Shown here: positions 33,951 through 46,151 of the stretch, piece by piece
Layout of the letters: the number at the start of each line of letters is the position of its first letter
Position numbering within the stretch: position 1 is the first letter of the stretch
Source: Macrostomum hystrix
Taxonomy: Eukaryota > Animalia > Platyhelminthes
Length of the DNA stretch: 64,000 bases
Assembly (NCBI GenBank): GCA_950097015.1
Contig: CATNEN010000039.1
Span: forward strand, 1,860,001-1,924,000
Direction of reading: 5' to 3'
Position numbers and translations under genes: made by a program
The notes under the pieces: generated by a model
The model's database searches: none
Told to the model about the DNA's origin: nothing
The model's input: the letters and a program-made list of their open reading frames with translations, nothing else

Positions 33951-35994
33951 TCAGTAGAACAGCTTCAGGTAGGCCAGCCGGCGCTGATATTTCTTCTCGT
34001 CTTTCGTTGAGCGAAGCTGCAGGAGTGATGTGGGAGAGTTCTGGGATGAAGCATTGGTGCTGCTTGTGCTATCTCAGAACTGTGGGATCATGAATCTGTA
34101 GGATCATGAAGCTGTGGGATCATGAAGCTGTAGGATCATGAAGCTGTGGGATCATGAAGCTGTGGGGTCATGAAGCTGTGGGATCATGAATCTGTGGTAT
34201 CTTGAAGCTGTGGGATCATGAAGCTGTGGGATCATGAATCTGTGGGATCATGAAGCTGTAGGATCATGAAGCTGTGGGATCATGAAGCTGTAGGATCATG
34301 AAGCTGTAGGATCATGAAGCTGTGGGATCATGAAGCTGTAGGATCATGAAGCTGTAGGATCATGAAGCTGTGGGGTCATGAAGCTGTGGGATCATGAATC
34401 TGTGGGGTCATGAAGCTGTGGGATCATGAAGCTGTGGGATCATGAAGCTGTGGGATCATGAAGCTGTGGGATCATGAAGCTGTGGGATCATGATGCTGTG
34501 GGATCATGAACTGAGGAATCCTGCTAATCTGGGATCATAATCTGTGGGATCATGTAAATATGGAATTCATGCAACTGTTGGATCATGCACCTGTGTTTTT
34601 ACCTACTAGTAAAATAAATTTCTTGGGATTTGTGACCGCAAGAACGATATCGACTGATTAAAAGTTGCTCAATAGCTGTAATTTTGCTGATTTTATACTT
34701 TTTTGTTCCCAGCGGCCCACAAAACCAGCAGATAAACAAGTATGAGGCAGGAAATGTCTGATAGCTGGCCCACCTTGTCTGTATTCTGCACCAGGGTGCT
34801 CTTCTGCTGCACGCTGGGCAGGTTGGTCGGAGTTCCACCGAACGACTGCTGCCACTGCACCTTGCGATTGCGCTGCACCTCGTGCTCGTAGTTGCCGGGG
34901 CTGCGGCGGGAGGAGAGGGGTGGATGTTGGAGTATTGAGCTCTGATTGGCTGCAGCTGAAAGCCCTCACCTCGGGTTGACTTCGAAAATCTCCCTCTTGA
35001 ACACCGGAAAGCGCTGGGTGGCTGCAAGAAACGGCGGCTTGCCGAGTTCTCGATCGCGCGCTGCCGACCGCTGCAACTCCTCGTAGCTGTCAGGCAGGTG
35101 GTAGGCGCCCGGCCCCAGGGCGCCGGTGTCGCCTCCTGGCCCGGCTCCGGCGCCTCGTTGGAAGCGCGGAGCGGTGCGTGCGCCCAGAGTGTAGCCCTTT
35201 GTGCTGCTCGCCTTCTGCTCCAGGGTGTAGCCGAAGTTTGTCTTCTAAAAGTGCGCAGACAGAGATGAGCTTTGGTAAGCAGGGGTCTTTTCTAACCAAC
35301 AAGACTAAAGGATCATGTACAAAAACTGCTTGATTTGTCTTATGTTTTGGACTTGGAAAATTGCAATTTTCCATGACAACATGCATAGCTTGCCTCAGTG
35401 TTTGTAAAACTTGCAAAAAGTTTAATATAAAAATTCTGCTCGAAGCACAGTTTTTCGCTCTCAATTTTACAACCTCTAATTTTGGAAAAAAATCATATAA
35501 AAAATAATAAATAAAGTTTAATTATGATATTAGGCATTTTATTTTGAGTTATATCCATTTCTTGATTTGATCAAACTGTACTACAAAGAACAATAAATGC
35601 TAAATACGCAGTTTTTAGGTATTCTTGAAAGGAAAATTCACAAAAATACATCTCATCAAACCTCTTCATTATTATAGTAGCCAGGACCCAAATGCGGCGC
35701 AGCTGTTACAGACGGCATGTTTGCACCCATTCGATTAGTAGGAATGTGAAAGGGGAAGAGCCGCCGCCGTTTCTGGCATGAGTCAAAGACGAATGCGCTC
35801 TTTCGTTCATGGAACAAATCTGAAAGGCAAATATAAGTTGCAGGCAAAAATCTTGGCAGCGAAAACGAGAGAAAATAAAATGGGTGTCAAAAAGTCAACA
35901 GCTGTGCCAGTTTTTAGTTTTTCGTGAATCGTATTCCTATTATCGTTCATTAGTGAAGGAAACATTAAGAAAGTCAACGCAGATTACCTTCCAT
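33951..35994 (-). CDS. CIMAP3: Protein pitchfork / ciliary microtubule-associated protein 3
   Basis: Exons 35994-35988, 35819-35662, 35244-34970, 34900-34774, 34016-33951, phases consistent. Product: MEDLFHERK..RLFPFH..PHLGPGYY..STKGYTLGARTAPRF..GPGAY..SPGNYE..KVQWQQSFG..RRLAYLKLFY*. Mostly missed by the ORF track. Confidence 0.85.
34079..34590. repeat. 16-bp minisatellite (tgtgggatcatgaagc)
   Basis: Last intron of CIMAP3. Confidence 0.95.
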
Positions 35995-36749
35995 TTTGCT
36001 GAATTAGACGTTAAAGAAATCTAGTAATAATAAAACAAGCAAAGCAGTGGATATGCAATGCTTTCGCAATGGAAAAGTGAGTTACTGTGAATGGGTTAAA
36101 AAATCTCGCAAAGTTTTTTTTTAAAACACCGATTCACCAATGTAAATTGATTGTGTTTCTAACAAAGCTTCAAGTTTCTAAAATGTTTTTAAGTATATTT
36201 TTACATTTGAATGTTTAAATGCTTAATAACAGCAGTAAAAAATTGACTAAATTTAAATTCTAACATTTTTGTGGTTTTATTGTTTTGCCCTTTTTAATTT
36301 GTCATGATCACAATTTTTTCACCAATTTAAAACTTTCTTTACAAGATATCGCATGCCAAACCAGGATGAGGGAATGTACGTTAATTAGTTAATTAATTAA
36401 CTTTACGTACATTAGGCCTAGGATTAGATAGACCTCAACCAAAACGAAAATCCCAATATTTATTCTCATTTCTTCGCGAACTTACACCACAAAAAGCTAG
36501 ATCCTTACAATTACATTTTAGCTTCTTCCATTTTTCATTAGTAAAACAAAAACTAAGTGTTAAGTCAGAATCTTTGTTATGTAATGACGATGTACTTCAT
36601 CTTTCTAAAATATCGAGACTAAGGCTTTTTTGTTTACTATTAAAATAATTTTATTATTGAATTACTTCAGAAATACCTTGTAACCTTGTTTTTACTTTCT
36701 TAGGCCTACTGTTATCTTATTTTTACTTAACTTAGTGCAAAAAGCAGCT

Positions 36750-36900
36750 CTGTTGTAGCCCAGTGGTTAGAGCTCCAGTTTGTACTACTGACTAAGTTTT
36801 GGTCTATGGATGGGAGATGCATGGTAGCCCAAGTGAGGCAGTGTGTGTGTGTCCTTAGACAAGTTGAATTCCTCGAGGCTTCACTTCATCTAGTTGTAGC
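36750..36900 (+). mobile_element. Highly decayed tRNA-headed SINE remnant
   Basis: A box gtagcccagtggttagagc, followed by CORE-like tgtgtccttagacaag. Confidence 0.4.
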
Positions 36901-38865
36901 AAAATTCTGAAATAGGCCCTAGGCCTAAGTAATACTAATAAATAATTGATAATTAATTGATACATAATAGGTAATAGGCATCCAATAAATTTAATTACAA
37001 CACTTTAATCAGTCATGATAGTTCAATTGTAAACAGTTGCCTTTTGAATATTGCCCTTTTGACTAGGCCCGTTTAGATAGACAAAATGAAATAAACTATA
37101 GAATCTTCTGAATGACAGAGAAGAAGCATTATAGTCTCCTTAATCTACTGACAAAATATACATATCCATACACAGCCTTAAGAGGTGGCAGGTGCTGCAC
37201 AATAGGCCTAGCTTGGCCATACAATGCTGTTTATCTATGCTAATGGCTAATTAAGCTAAAGGTTTAGTAAATTCGGCTAGCTAGCTACTTAAGAAACATG
37301 CATAAAGACAAGACTACAATTAGATGGCTAACTGCTTTTGTTTTTAGCATTACTGTTTTAGCTAGGCCACTTAGTGTTATAGAAATAGCCTATTTAGTAT
37401 TAAAATAGCCATCTAAGAAATTATTATTGGTATTTGAATACTGATCACCTTGTTTTTTAGAAATAGCTGCTCTAGTATTTACCGTTAGGCTTTGTGTTAA
37501 CAAGTTTGAACTCAGATCGCTTGAGTAACTTCAGAGTGAGGTTGGTAAATCATCTGATCAGCATCATAGGCTAGAAACAGTAGCACTTTCTATAGAAAGT
37601 GAGAAGGCAAGCCACTCAGACTGAACTTTGCCTTTATTTTGAATTATAGGGAGCCATTATATCTATGTATTAGAGAAATCTGGTGTTGCTTGAAGGTATT
37701 GTCAACATGATTGCTGACTCACTACAGAAGTTTTATATAACTACAGATTAATCTGTCAGTTGGCACAACTTGACAATTCCCTTATATAGTACTCTATAGT
37801 ACCCAGTAGCAATTAGACTGCCTCATTGCCAGTTTGGTATAGACTGAGTGTAGTGTGAAACATTAATGCTATAACCCCATTAAGGCCATTGATCCTAGTT
37901 TTTTCTAATTAATTATTCTCTTTGAACTTAAAGAACTAAGCATGCTCTGAGTTCAAGCTTGTAATATATCTATATTTAGTCTAGCTCCTTTAATCAGAAG
38001 CACTAAGCAGAACATAGCTATAAATTATACAACATTTAGTAAAATGAAAGCAACCATTCCGTTGACACTTGATTATGTTGTTCAGTGGCACTCTATAAAA
38101 ATTTTACTTTATTTGTATCCATAGAACAGTTAGTTATGTAATTAGTAATATTTGATTGTACTGATGCTATTGCTAGGCTATAATTTTTAAATAATATCTT
38201 TGTCAATGGAATTAAATATATTTTATTTTTTATTTAAATTGACTTAAACTGAATAGTTATTTAACTCAAATTAAGTTATTAAAATTCGCTTATGTTTGCT
38301 ATATAATTATTCATAATTTTGTCTGATTTGACTTCAATAGCTAGTTAGTACAGAGTCAAACAAGTAACTGTTTGAACTTAAAAAAACCTTAGATCTATTT
38401 TGTTACTGTTATGGCTAAGCAAATCTACAAGCTTTCTTTTATCTTTATCAAGTTTTCATGAGGAAACAAGCATTTATTACAAACTTAGCCATTAATTGAA
38501 TCTCATATAGCAAACATGTTTGTTTTTAGTCTATTGAAAAGCATAAATTTTTGCTATTTAACATAATTTACCATTGTTATGCTTGATTTGACATGTACCT
38601 AAGTTTTCTATATATTATACATATCTATTCAAAGCAGTGTACTTCAAGCATGGCTGTATCAATATTGAATTTAACATACATGATTTGACACATAAACAAG
38701 TTATATATGTATTATAAATTTACAAGGCAGCTAGTTAATCATAGGCATGCAGTTATTGAATTTGCTCTGGCATGTACTTTACTGTTGAACTCTAGCTTCA
38801 CAGTACAGCAGTACAGGCACCGTCGCATACCCGCAGCTCCAAATTGGTCGCCCAAATCTGCAGCA

Positions 38866-39243
38866 ATGGACGTGTACTTTATGATCCGCTGCAAGAAGAT
38901 CACAATGCTGCTGGACACCAAGGAGACCTCCCAGGTTCTCGAGCTTAAGAAAATGATTGAAGGCATCCTTAAGGTGCCGCCGGAGAATCAGCTGCTGCTG
39001 AAGGATGACACCGAGGCTCTGGCCGACAACCGCACTCTGGCTGACTGCGGACTGAACGCCAGCACAGCCCGCGCCCAGCTGCCCGCCCAACTTGGCCTCG
39101 TCATTCGCGACAGTCAGGACGCGCCATTCCCGGCGCTGGAGATCGACCCCTACACTTCGCCGCCGGAGCTGCCCGACGTGATGAAGACGCAGGACTCAAG
39201 CGGCGGCGATCAGGGCATGTCTACGCAGGCCATTCAGTCCTGA
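38866..39243 (+). CDS. ELOB: Elongin B (ubiquitin-like), intronless CDS
   Basis: MDVYFMIRCKKITMLLDTKE..VLELKKMIEGILKVPPENQLL..TLADCG..TARAQLPAQLGL..PYTSPPELPDVMK. The true start is 38866, not the ORF-track start 38707. Confidence 0.95.
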   Translation: MDVYFMIRCKKITMLLDTKETSQVLELKKMIEGILKVPPENQLLLKDDTEALADNRTLADCGLNASTARAQLPAQLGLVIRDSQDAPFPALEIDPYTSPPELPDVMKTQDSSGGDQGMSTQAIQS

Positions 39244-40852
39244 GCGAATGCCGACAAAGACTGGGGGCTCCGGCTTGGTGCCGGTTTCATTTGGGAACTG
39301 GGGACTAGGGCTTCTAAAAGCAGTTTAAGAAGATTCATTCACGTACTAGGTACCTAGTTAGTGCCTAGCGACGATCCAAACATGGGATTATTAAACACAC
39401 ATGAATGTAGATTGTAGAAGTATTTAATTTTTTCGGCTCGAGAATCAATCTAAACAGCTTTCTGGGCTTTTTAAAATGGGAGATCCCGTGTCAAATTAAG
39501 CATCCCTATGTCAAGAAGTTAGTTTTGGTTTAAAGACCTGCACTGAGAAGTACATTATTGGCGGTTATCTGTGATGCGCTATTTGTGCTGGGTCTATGCC
39601 CAGCCGCTAGAGTGCTTCATCTAACCCTACGGAGTGTATTGTGCGTCTTGACTTATTCAGTCGAGATTGTAGCTAATTCAGTTTATTTTGTTTACTTCTA
39701 ACTGTAAGCGGCCTCCCTGCTTATTTAAACAATGGGAGGCCCAGGTTGACAGTAATTTTCCGAGACGGCAGTCGGTAACTGTTGATAAATGAATCCAAAT
39801 GTCTCTGCTACAGTGCTGCACATTCAGAATGTCTATGGTAATCCAGCAGTAGACACTTCTAACTTACCTGTCATTGCCTACTCTAATAATACAAGTTTTG
39901 TCTTCGCTGAAGTTAAAGAAGAACGCCACCCACAATTCTCCTTCTCATTTTTCCTTTCTCTCCCACTCCGTATTTCTCAGCCTTTTATGTAATACCAGTC
40001 TGATCTTGTCTGTTCATTGCGGCCCTCAGTTTGTTTCCATGCAGAAACGAAATCCACCTGTGTCAGTTCTATCTGTCCCATCTCTGCCGCACCTGCTTTA
40101 CCTAGCCTTCCTCACTCCGATTCATGTGCTTGCGTGTGTTTTTACAAATACCTGGCCCCAGACAATTGGCCTGCATACGATTTTCTGTCAGTTTTTCTTT
40201 CCTCTGTTATTTTTTTAGTCGATAGTCGAAGATGAAAAGCTGAGAATCTGTTGTAAAAATAGGCGGCTTCGGAAACTAGCACGAGAGCGGAGATGGGGCT
40301 CCGGCCTTCTTTTGTATAACAATTGTTTTCGTAGCAAAAGTGTTAACTGGGCTGCAAACATCTGAATAGCTTGCTTATATATGCGCATCTATTTGCTCTA
40401 CTGTTTCATCCGCAAATGCATATGAACTTGGCCTAAAATAACAAATTAATCAATTAAAATATTAACTCGGAAAAAAGATTTAATCAGCGCAACATTCTAG
40501 CGCGGCCTGCCGCTAAAATTGTCTCTTGTTGCTATTTTATAATGATTTTTTCTGCTTGAGCTCACAAAGCTCTACTTACTGCAGCATTTGGTCATTGCGG
40601 GGTATAGATATAGTTCTACTGATGCCTAGTGCCATTTTATTTAGCCTGTACTTAAGCCTGCTTGGATTGGCCAGTAAGGGTAGAATTGTTGCTATTTTTA
40701 GCAACGTTTGCAACGGGGAATCCCTGGTCATTGGCACCCTAGCACGTGACTAGTCTCGCCCAATGAATTTCTGAGAGCAGATGTCGTATTTCATTAGGCT
40801 TTGTAAGTCAACGGACAACTCAGTAATTTTTGGCAAACATTCGCAGCCCACA

Positions 40853-42506
40853 ATGTACTCGGTGAAGTACCGCCAGGAGAATGCCCACAATGATAGCGTC
40901 TGGTCCGTGGCCTGGGCCAAGCCGGACCGAACCGACTTCCTGATCACCGGCTCGCTGGACGATCGCGTCAAAGTCTGGCGCTGGGCCGTCGACCACTGCG
41001 AGCTGCAGCACACACTGGAAGGCCACCACCTGGGCGTCATCTCGGTGGACGCCAGCCGCGACGGCTCGCTGGCCGCCAGCTCATCGCTGGACGCCCAGAT
41101 TCGAGTCTGGGACCTGCAGAGCGGCAAGCAGGCCCGCTTCATTGATGCGGGGGCCGCCGAGGCCTGGACTGTGTGCTTCTCGCCCGATGGCAAACTTCTG
41201 GCCACCGGCAGTCACGCCGCCAGAGTCACGCTGTACGAGGTGTCCTCGGGTAATAAGGTGGGTTGCAAGATTTCCTTAACCTGATCCTCAAATTTATTCC
41301 CCAAAGCATTCAGATCCTCAAATTTATTCCATAAAGCATCCAGATCCTCAGATTTAGTTTTCAGCACATCCAGATCCTCAGATTTAGTTTTCAGCACATC
41401 CAGATCCTCAGATTTCGTTTTCAGCACATCCAGATCCTCAGATTTAGTTTTCAGCACATCCAGATCCTCAGATTTAGTTTTCAGCACATTCAGATCCTCA
41501 GATTTAGTTTTCAGCACATTCAGATCCTCAGATTTAGTTTTCAGCACATCCAGATTCTCAGATTTAGTTTTCAGCACATCCAGATCCTCAGATTTCGTTT
41601 TCAGCACATCCAGATCCTCAGATTTAGTTTTCAGCACATCCAGATCCTCAGATTTAGTTTTCAGCACATCCAGATCCTCAGATTTAGTTTTCAGCACATC
41701 CAGATCCTCAGATTTAGTTTTCAGCACATCCAGATCCTCAGATTTAGTTTTCAGCACATCCAGATCCTCAGATTTAGTTTTCAGCACATCCAGATCCTCA
41801 GATTTAGTTTTCAGCACATCCAGATCCTCAGATTTAGTTTTCAGCATATCCAGATCCTCAGATTTAGTTTTCAGCACATCCAGATTCTCAGATTTAGTTT
41901 TCCAGCACATCCAGATCCTCAGATTTAGTTTTCAGCACATTCAGATTCTCTAGCTTAGCTCCAAGAGCATTCACTGAGCAGTACTGAGCGATCTCGCATC
42001 GCACCCAGGTGACCAGCCTGAACACAGAGGGCCAGTTCTGCCTGAGCCTGGCGTACAGTCCCGATGGCAGCCTGCTGGCCACCGGCTCTGTGGATGGCGT
42101 CATCAGCGTGCTGGACCTGACCGCCGGCCAGTTGCGTCACACCCTCGAGGGCCACGCCATGCCGGTTCGGGCTCTGCAGTTCACCCCAGACGGGCAGTAC
42201 CTGATCACCGGCTCCGATGACACCCACGTGAAGGTGTTCAGCGTGGCCAAGGGTGAGCTGGTCGCCACCCTGAGCGGCCACTCCAACTGGGTGGTGTCCC
42301 TGGCTGTGCACCCTGACGGCCAGCAGTTTGCCACCTGCAGCTCGGACAAGACTGTCAAGGTGTGGGATCTGGAGGGCCGGCAGTTGAAGAACACCTACTT
42401 TGAGCACAATGACCAGGTCTGGTGCGTCAGGTACAACGCGTTCGGCAATCGATTGGTTAGCGTTGGAGACGACAAGCTCATGGCTGTGTACGATGTGCCG
42501 CAGTGA
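40853..42506 (+). CDS. WDR61: WD repeat protein 61 / SKI8 (PAF1 and SKI complexes)
   Basis: Exons 40853-41257 and 42009-42506 (phase 0). Motifs QENAHNDSVWSVAW, TGSLDDRVKVW, LEGHHLGVISVD, ASSSLDAQIRVWD, LEGHAMPVR, SVGDDK. Confidence 0.95.
41282..41950. repeat. 30-bp minisatellite (cagatcctcagatttagttttcagcacatc)
   Basis: Fills most of the single WDR61 intron. Confidence 0.97.
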
Positions 42507-42655
42507 TTCGCTGGTGTGGAATGGATTATAAGATTAACTGCTAAAATCCTTTGTAGCTTTGTAGTTTTCCTTATGTTTTTTCTTCACACTAATCAATGGA
42601 CTTTTTCATTTCTAAAATGTTCAATTGTTAGAGTTTTTTAGGAATCTTAATTTTG

Positions 42656-44905
42656 AATGTGGGATTTTAGGCATCTTAATCCACAATGTGGGATTTTAGG
42701 CATCTTAATCCACAATGTGGGATTTTAGGCATCTTAATCCACAATGTGGGATTTTAGGCATCTTAATCTACAATTTGGGATTTTAGGCATCTTAATCCAC
42801 AATGTGGGATTTTAGGCATCTTAATCTACAATGTGGGATTTTAGGCATCTTAATCTACAATGTGGGATTTTAGGCATCTTAATCTACAATTTGGGATTTT
42901 AGGCATCTTAATCTACAATGTGGGATTTTAGGCATCTTAATCCACAATGTGGGATTTTAGGCATCTTAATCCACAATGTGGGATTTTAGGCATCTTAATC
43001 TACAATGTGGGATTTTAGGCATCTTAATCTACAATGTGGGATTTTAGGCATCTTAATCCACAATGTGGGATTTTAGGCATCTTAATCCACAATGTGGGAT
43101 TTTAGGCATCTTAATCCACAATTTGGGATTTTAGGCATCTTAATCCACAATGTGGGATTTTAGGCATCTTAATCCACAATGTGGGATTTTAGGCATCTTA
43201 ATCCACAATGTGGGATTTTAGGCATCTTAATCCACAATGTGGGATTTTAGGCATCTTAATCTACAATTTGGGATTTTAGGCATCTTAATCTACAATTTGG
43301 GATTTTAGGCATCTTAATCTACAATGTGGGATTTTAGGCATCTTAATCCACAATTTGGGATTTTAGGCATCTTAATCCACAATGTGGGATTTTAGGCATC
43401 TTAATCTACAATGTGGGATTTTAGGCATCTTAATCTACAATGTGGGATTTTAGGCATCTTAATCCACAATGTGGGATTTTAGGCATCTTAATCCACAATG
43501 TGGGATTTTAGGCATCTTAATCTACAATGTGGGATTTTAGGCATCTTAATCCACAATGTGGGATTTTAGGCATCTTAATCCACAATGTGGGATTTTAGGC
43601 ATCTTAATCTACAATGTGGGATTTTAGGCATCTTAATCTACAATGTGGGATTTTAGGCATCTTAATCTACAATGTGGGATTTTAGGCATCTTAATCTACA
43701 ATGTGGGATTTTAGGCATCTTAATCTACAATGTGGGATTTTAGGCATCTTAATCTACAATGTGGGATTTTAGGCATCTTAATCTACAATGTGGGATTTTA
43801 GGCATCTTAATCTACATTGTGGGATTTTAGGCATCTTAATCTTCAATGTGGGATTTTAGGCATCTTAATCTACAATGTGGGATTTTAGGCATCTTAATCT
43901 ACAATTTGGGATTTTAGGCATCTTAATCCACAATGTGGGATTTTAGGCATCTTAATCTACAATGTGGGATTTTAGGCATCTTAATCCACAATGTGGGATT
44001 TTAGGCATCTTAATCCACAATTTGGGATTTTAGGCATCTTAATCTACAATGTGGGATTTTAGGCATCTTAATCCACAATTTGGGATTTTAGGCATCTTAA
44101 TCTACAATGTGGGATTTTAGGCATCTTAATCTACAATTTGGGATTTTAGGCATCTTAATCTACAATGTGGGATTTTAGGCATCTTAATCTACAATTTGGG
44201 ATTTTAGGCATCTTAATCCACAATGTGGGATTTTAGGCATCTTAATCTACAATGTGGGATTTTAGGCATCTTAATCTACAATGTGGGATTTTAGGCATCT
44301 TAATCCACAATGTGGGATTTTAGGCATCTTAATCTACAATGTGGGATTTTAGGCATCTTAATCTACAATGTGGGATTTTAGGCATCTTAATCCACAATTT
44401 GGGATTTTAGGCATCTTAATCCACAATGTGGGATTTTAGGCATCTTAATCCACAATGTGGGATTTTAGGCATCTTAATCTACAATGTGGGATTTTAGGCA
44501 TCTTAATCTACAATGTGGGATTTTAGGCATCTTAATCTACAATGTGGGATTTTAGGCATCTTAATCTACAATTTGGGATTTTAGGCATCTAAATCCACAA
44601 TGTGGGATTTTAGGCATCTTAATCTACAATGTGGGATTTTAGGCATCTTAATCTACAATGTGGGATTTTAGGCATCTTAATCCACAATGTGGGATTTTAG
44701 GCATCTTAATCTACAATGTGGGATTTTAGGCATCTTAATCCACAATGTGGGATTTTAGGCATCTTAATCTACAATGTGGGATTTTAGGCATCTTAATCTA
44801 CAATGTGGGATTTTAGGCATCTTAATCTACAATGTGGGATTTTAGGCATCTTAATCTACATTGTGGGATTTTAGGCATCTTAATCTTCAATGTGGGATTT
44901 TAGGG
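42656..44905. repeat. 29-bp minisatellite (gggattttaggcatcttaatccacaatgt), about 77 copies
   Basis: Between WDR61 and ENY2; two main polymorphic positions. Confidence 0.98.
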
Positions 44906-45559
44906 ACCTAAATTTAGTATTTGGGATCTTAATTGTAGGATGTTTATCTTCAAAGTAGGGTTTTAGGAAATTTTAATACAAATATTTGGCATTTAAGGCA
45001 TATTCTCCAGGGTTTGACTAAAGAGTCTCTGTAATTCAAGCGTAGAATGTTTTTACTTCCGCATAGAAACTACCCTCGAGGGAAAGTTTAACTTGAATAA
45101 ATTAGTCGGCGTAATATACAGTGAATACGGCAGACAGTTTTGTTTAAATCATTCTTTGTTAAATTTTTTGTTTAAATGTCTACTTGCTTGTTTGTATATG
45201 CATTTAAATTTGCCTTCTTGTTTGCTTTCTTATCGTCTGTTCTTGTTCCATGCTTTAAAGTTGAAATAAAGCTTACTAATTTGACAGCCATTGTGTTTCA
45301 AATTATAAAAAAAATTACTGAATGAAAGTACTAATAGTAGTGCAATTGTCTTTGTGCATGTGTTCAGTTGGTTTTTTTCATCAGCAGCCAAATCGCCAAT
45401 TGTCTATGGCCGAAATCGGCCGGCCTGGTCTAGCTTTCAGCTGCACTTAACTATGATTAGAAAGGATAGGCTATGCAAGTCTGCTCAAAGTCGGCTCACA
45501 CAAGTTAAGAACTAAAAGTTTAGCTCGAGTCCACGAAATAACCAGAGTAGATCGAAGCC

Positions 45560-45895
45560 ATGTCCTCCTCGGATCGCAACATTGACCGGAGGTGCGACGA
45601 GATGCGCTGCAAGATCGAAGCCAAGCTGCAGGCCTCCGGCGAGCAGGACCGCATCCGGCGGCACATCCGCGCCGCCCTGAACACCTGCGGCTGGATGGAC
45701 GAGGTCAAGAACCAGTGCCGCGACCTCATCAGGGCCAAAGGCATCGAGTACTGCACTGTGGAAGAGATTGTGGAGGCCGTCCTGCCGCAGGCTCGCGAGC
45801 GCGTGCCGAAGCAGCTGAAGCAGGAGGTGCTGGACCTGCTGTGGAAGTTCGTGGACACTCACAACATCGGATTGGGCGATGAAAACGACGTTTGA
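45560..45895 (+). CDS. ENY2: Enhancer of yellow 2 / Sus1 (SAGA DUB module and TREX-2), intronless CDS
   Basis: IEAKLQASGEQDRI..L..CGWMDEVKNQCR..KG..TVEEIVEAVLPQARERVP..LKQEVL. Confidence 0.92.
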   Translation: MSSSDRNIDRRCDEMRCKIEAKLQASGEQDRIRRHIRAALNTCGWMDEVKNQCRDLIRAKGIEYCTVEEIVEAVLPQARERVPKQLKQEVLDLLWKFVDTHNIGLGDENDV

Positions 45896-46151
45896 GCAGC
45901 TGGACTCGGCTGCGACAGATTATGCGTTGCGAATTAGGACTCGAAATAGCTGTAGGAGCTTTCATTTAACTAGGCGACCAAATATTCACATGCTTATACA
46001 CTCATGGCTTTAGGGACTGCCTCACTTAGTAGCGAAATAAATTACTGCTTTTTTCATTTTTTTCTTCCGGAAATTCGTGCATTAGGATGCGATTTCGAAC
46101 TGGCTTGGCTCATTGTTGGACTGACTTCTAAGTTCTTTCTCATGACAATAA

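Noticed and set aside
38707-38865. N-terminal extension of ELOB (likewise 40781-40846 for WDR61)
   Set aside because: It is AT-rich sequence upstream of a splice acceptor, and homology starts at the downstream ATG.
42656-44905. CRISPR-like 28-34-bp partly palindromic repeats (also 25600, 32050, 32978)
   Set aside because: The units are head-to-tail with no unique spacers, there are no cas genes, and the context is eukaryotic.
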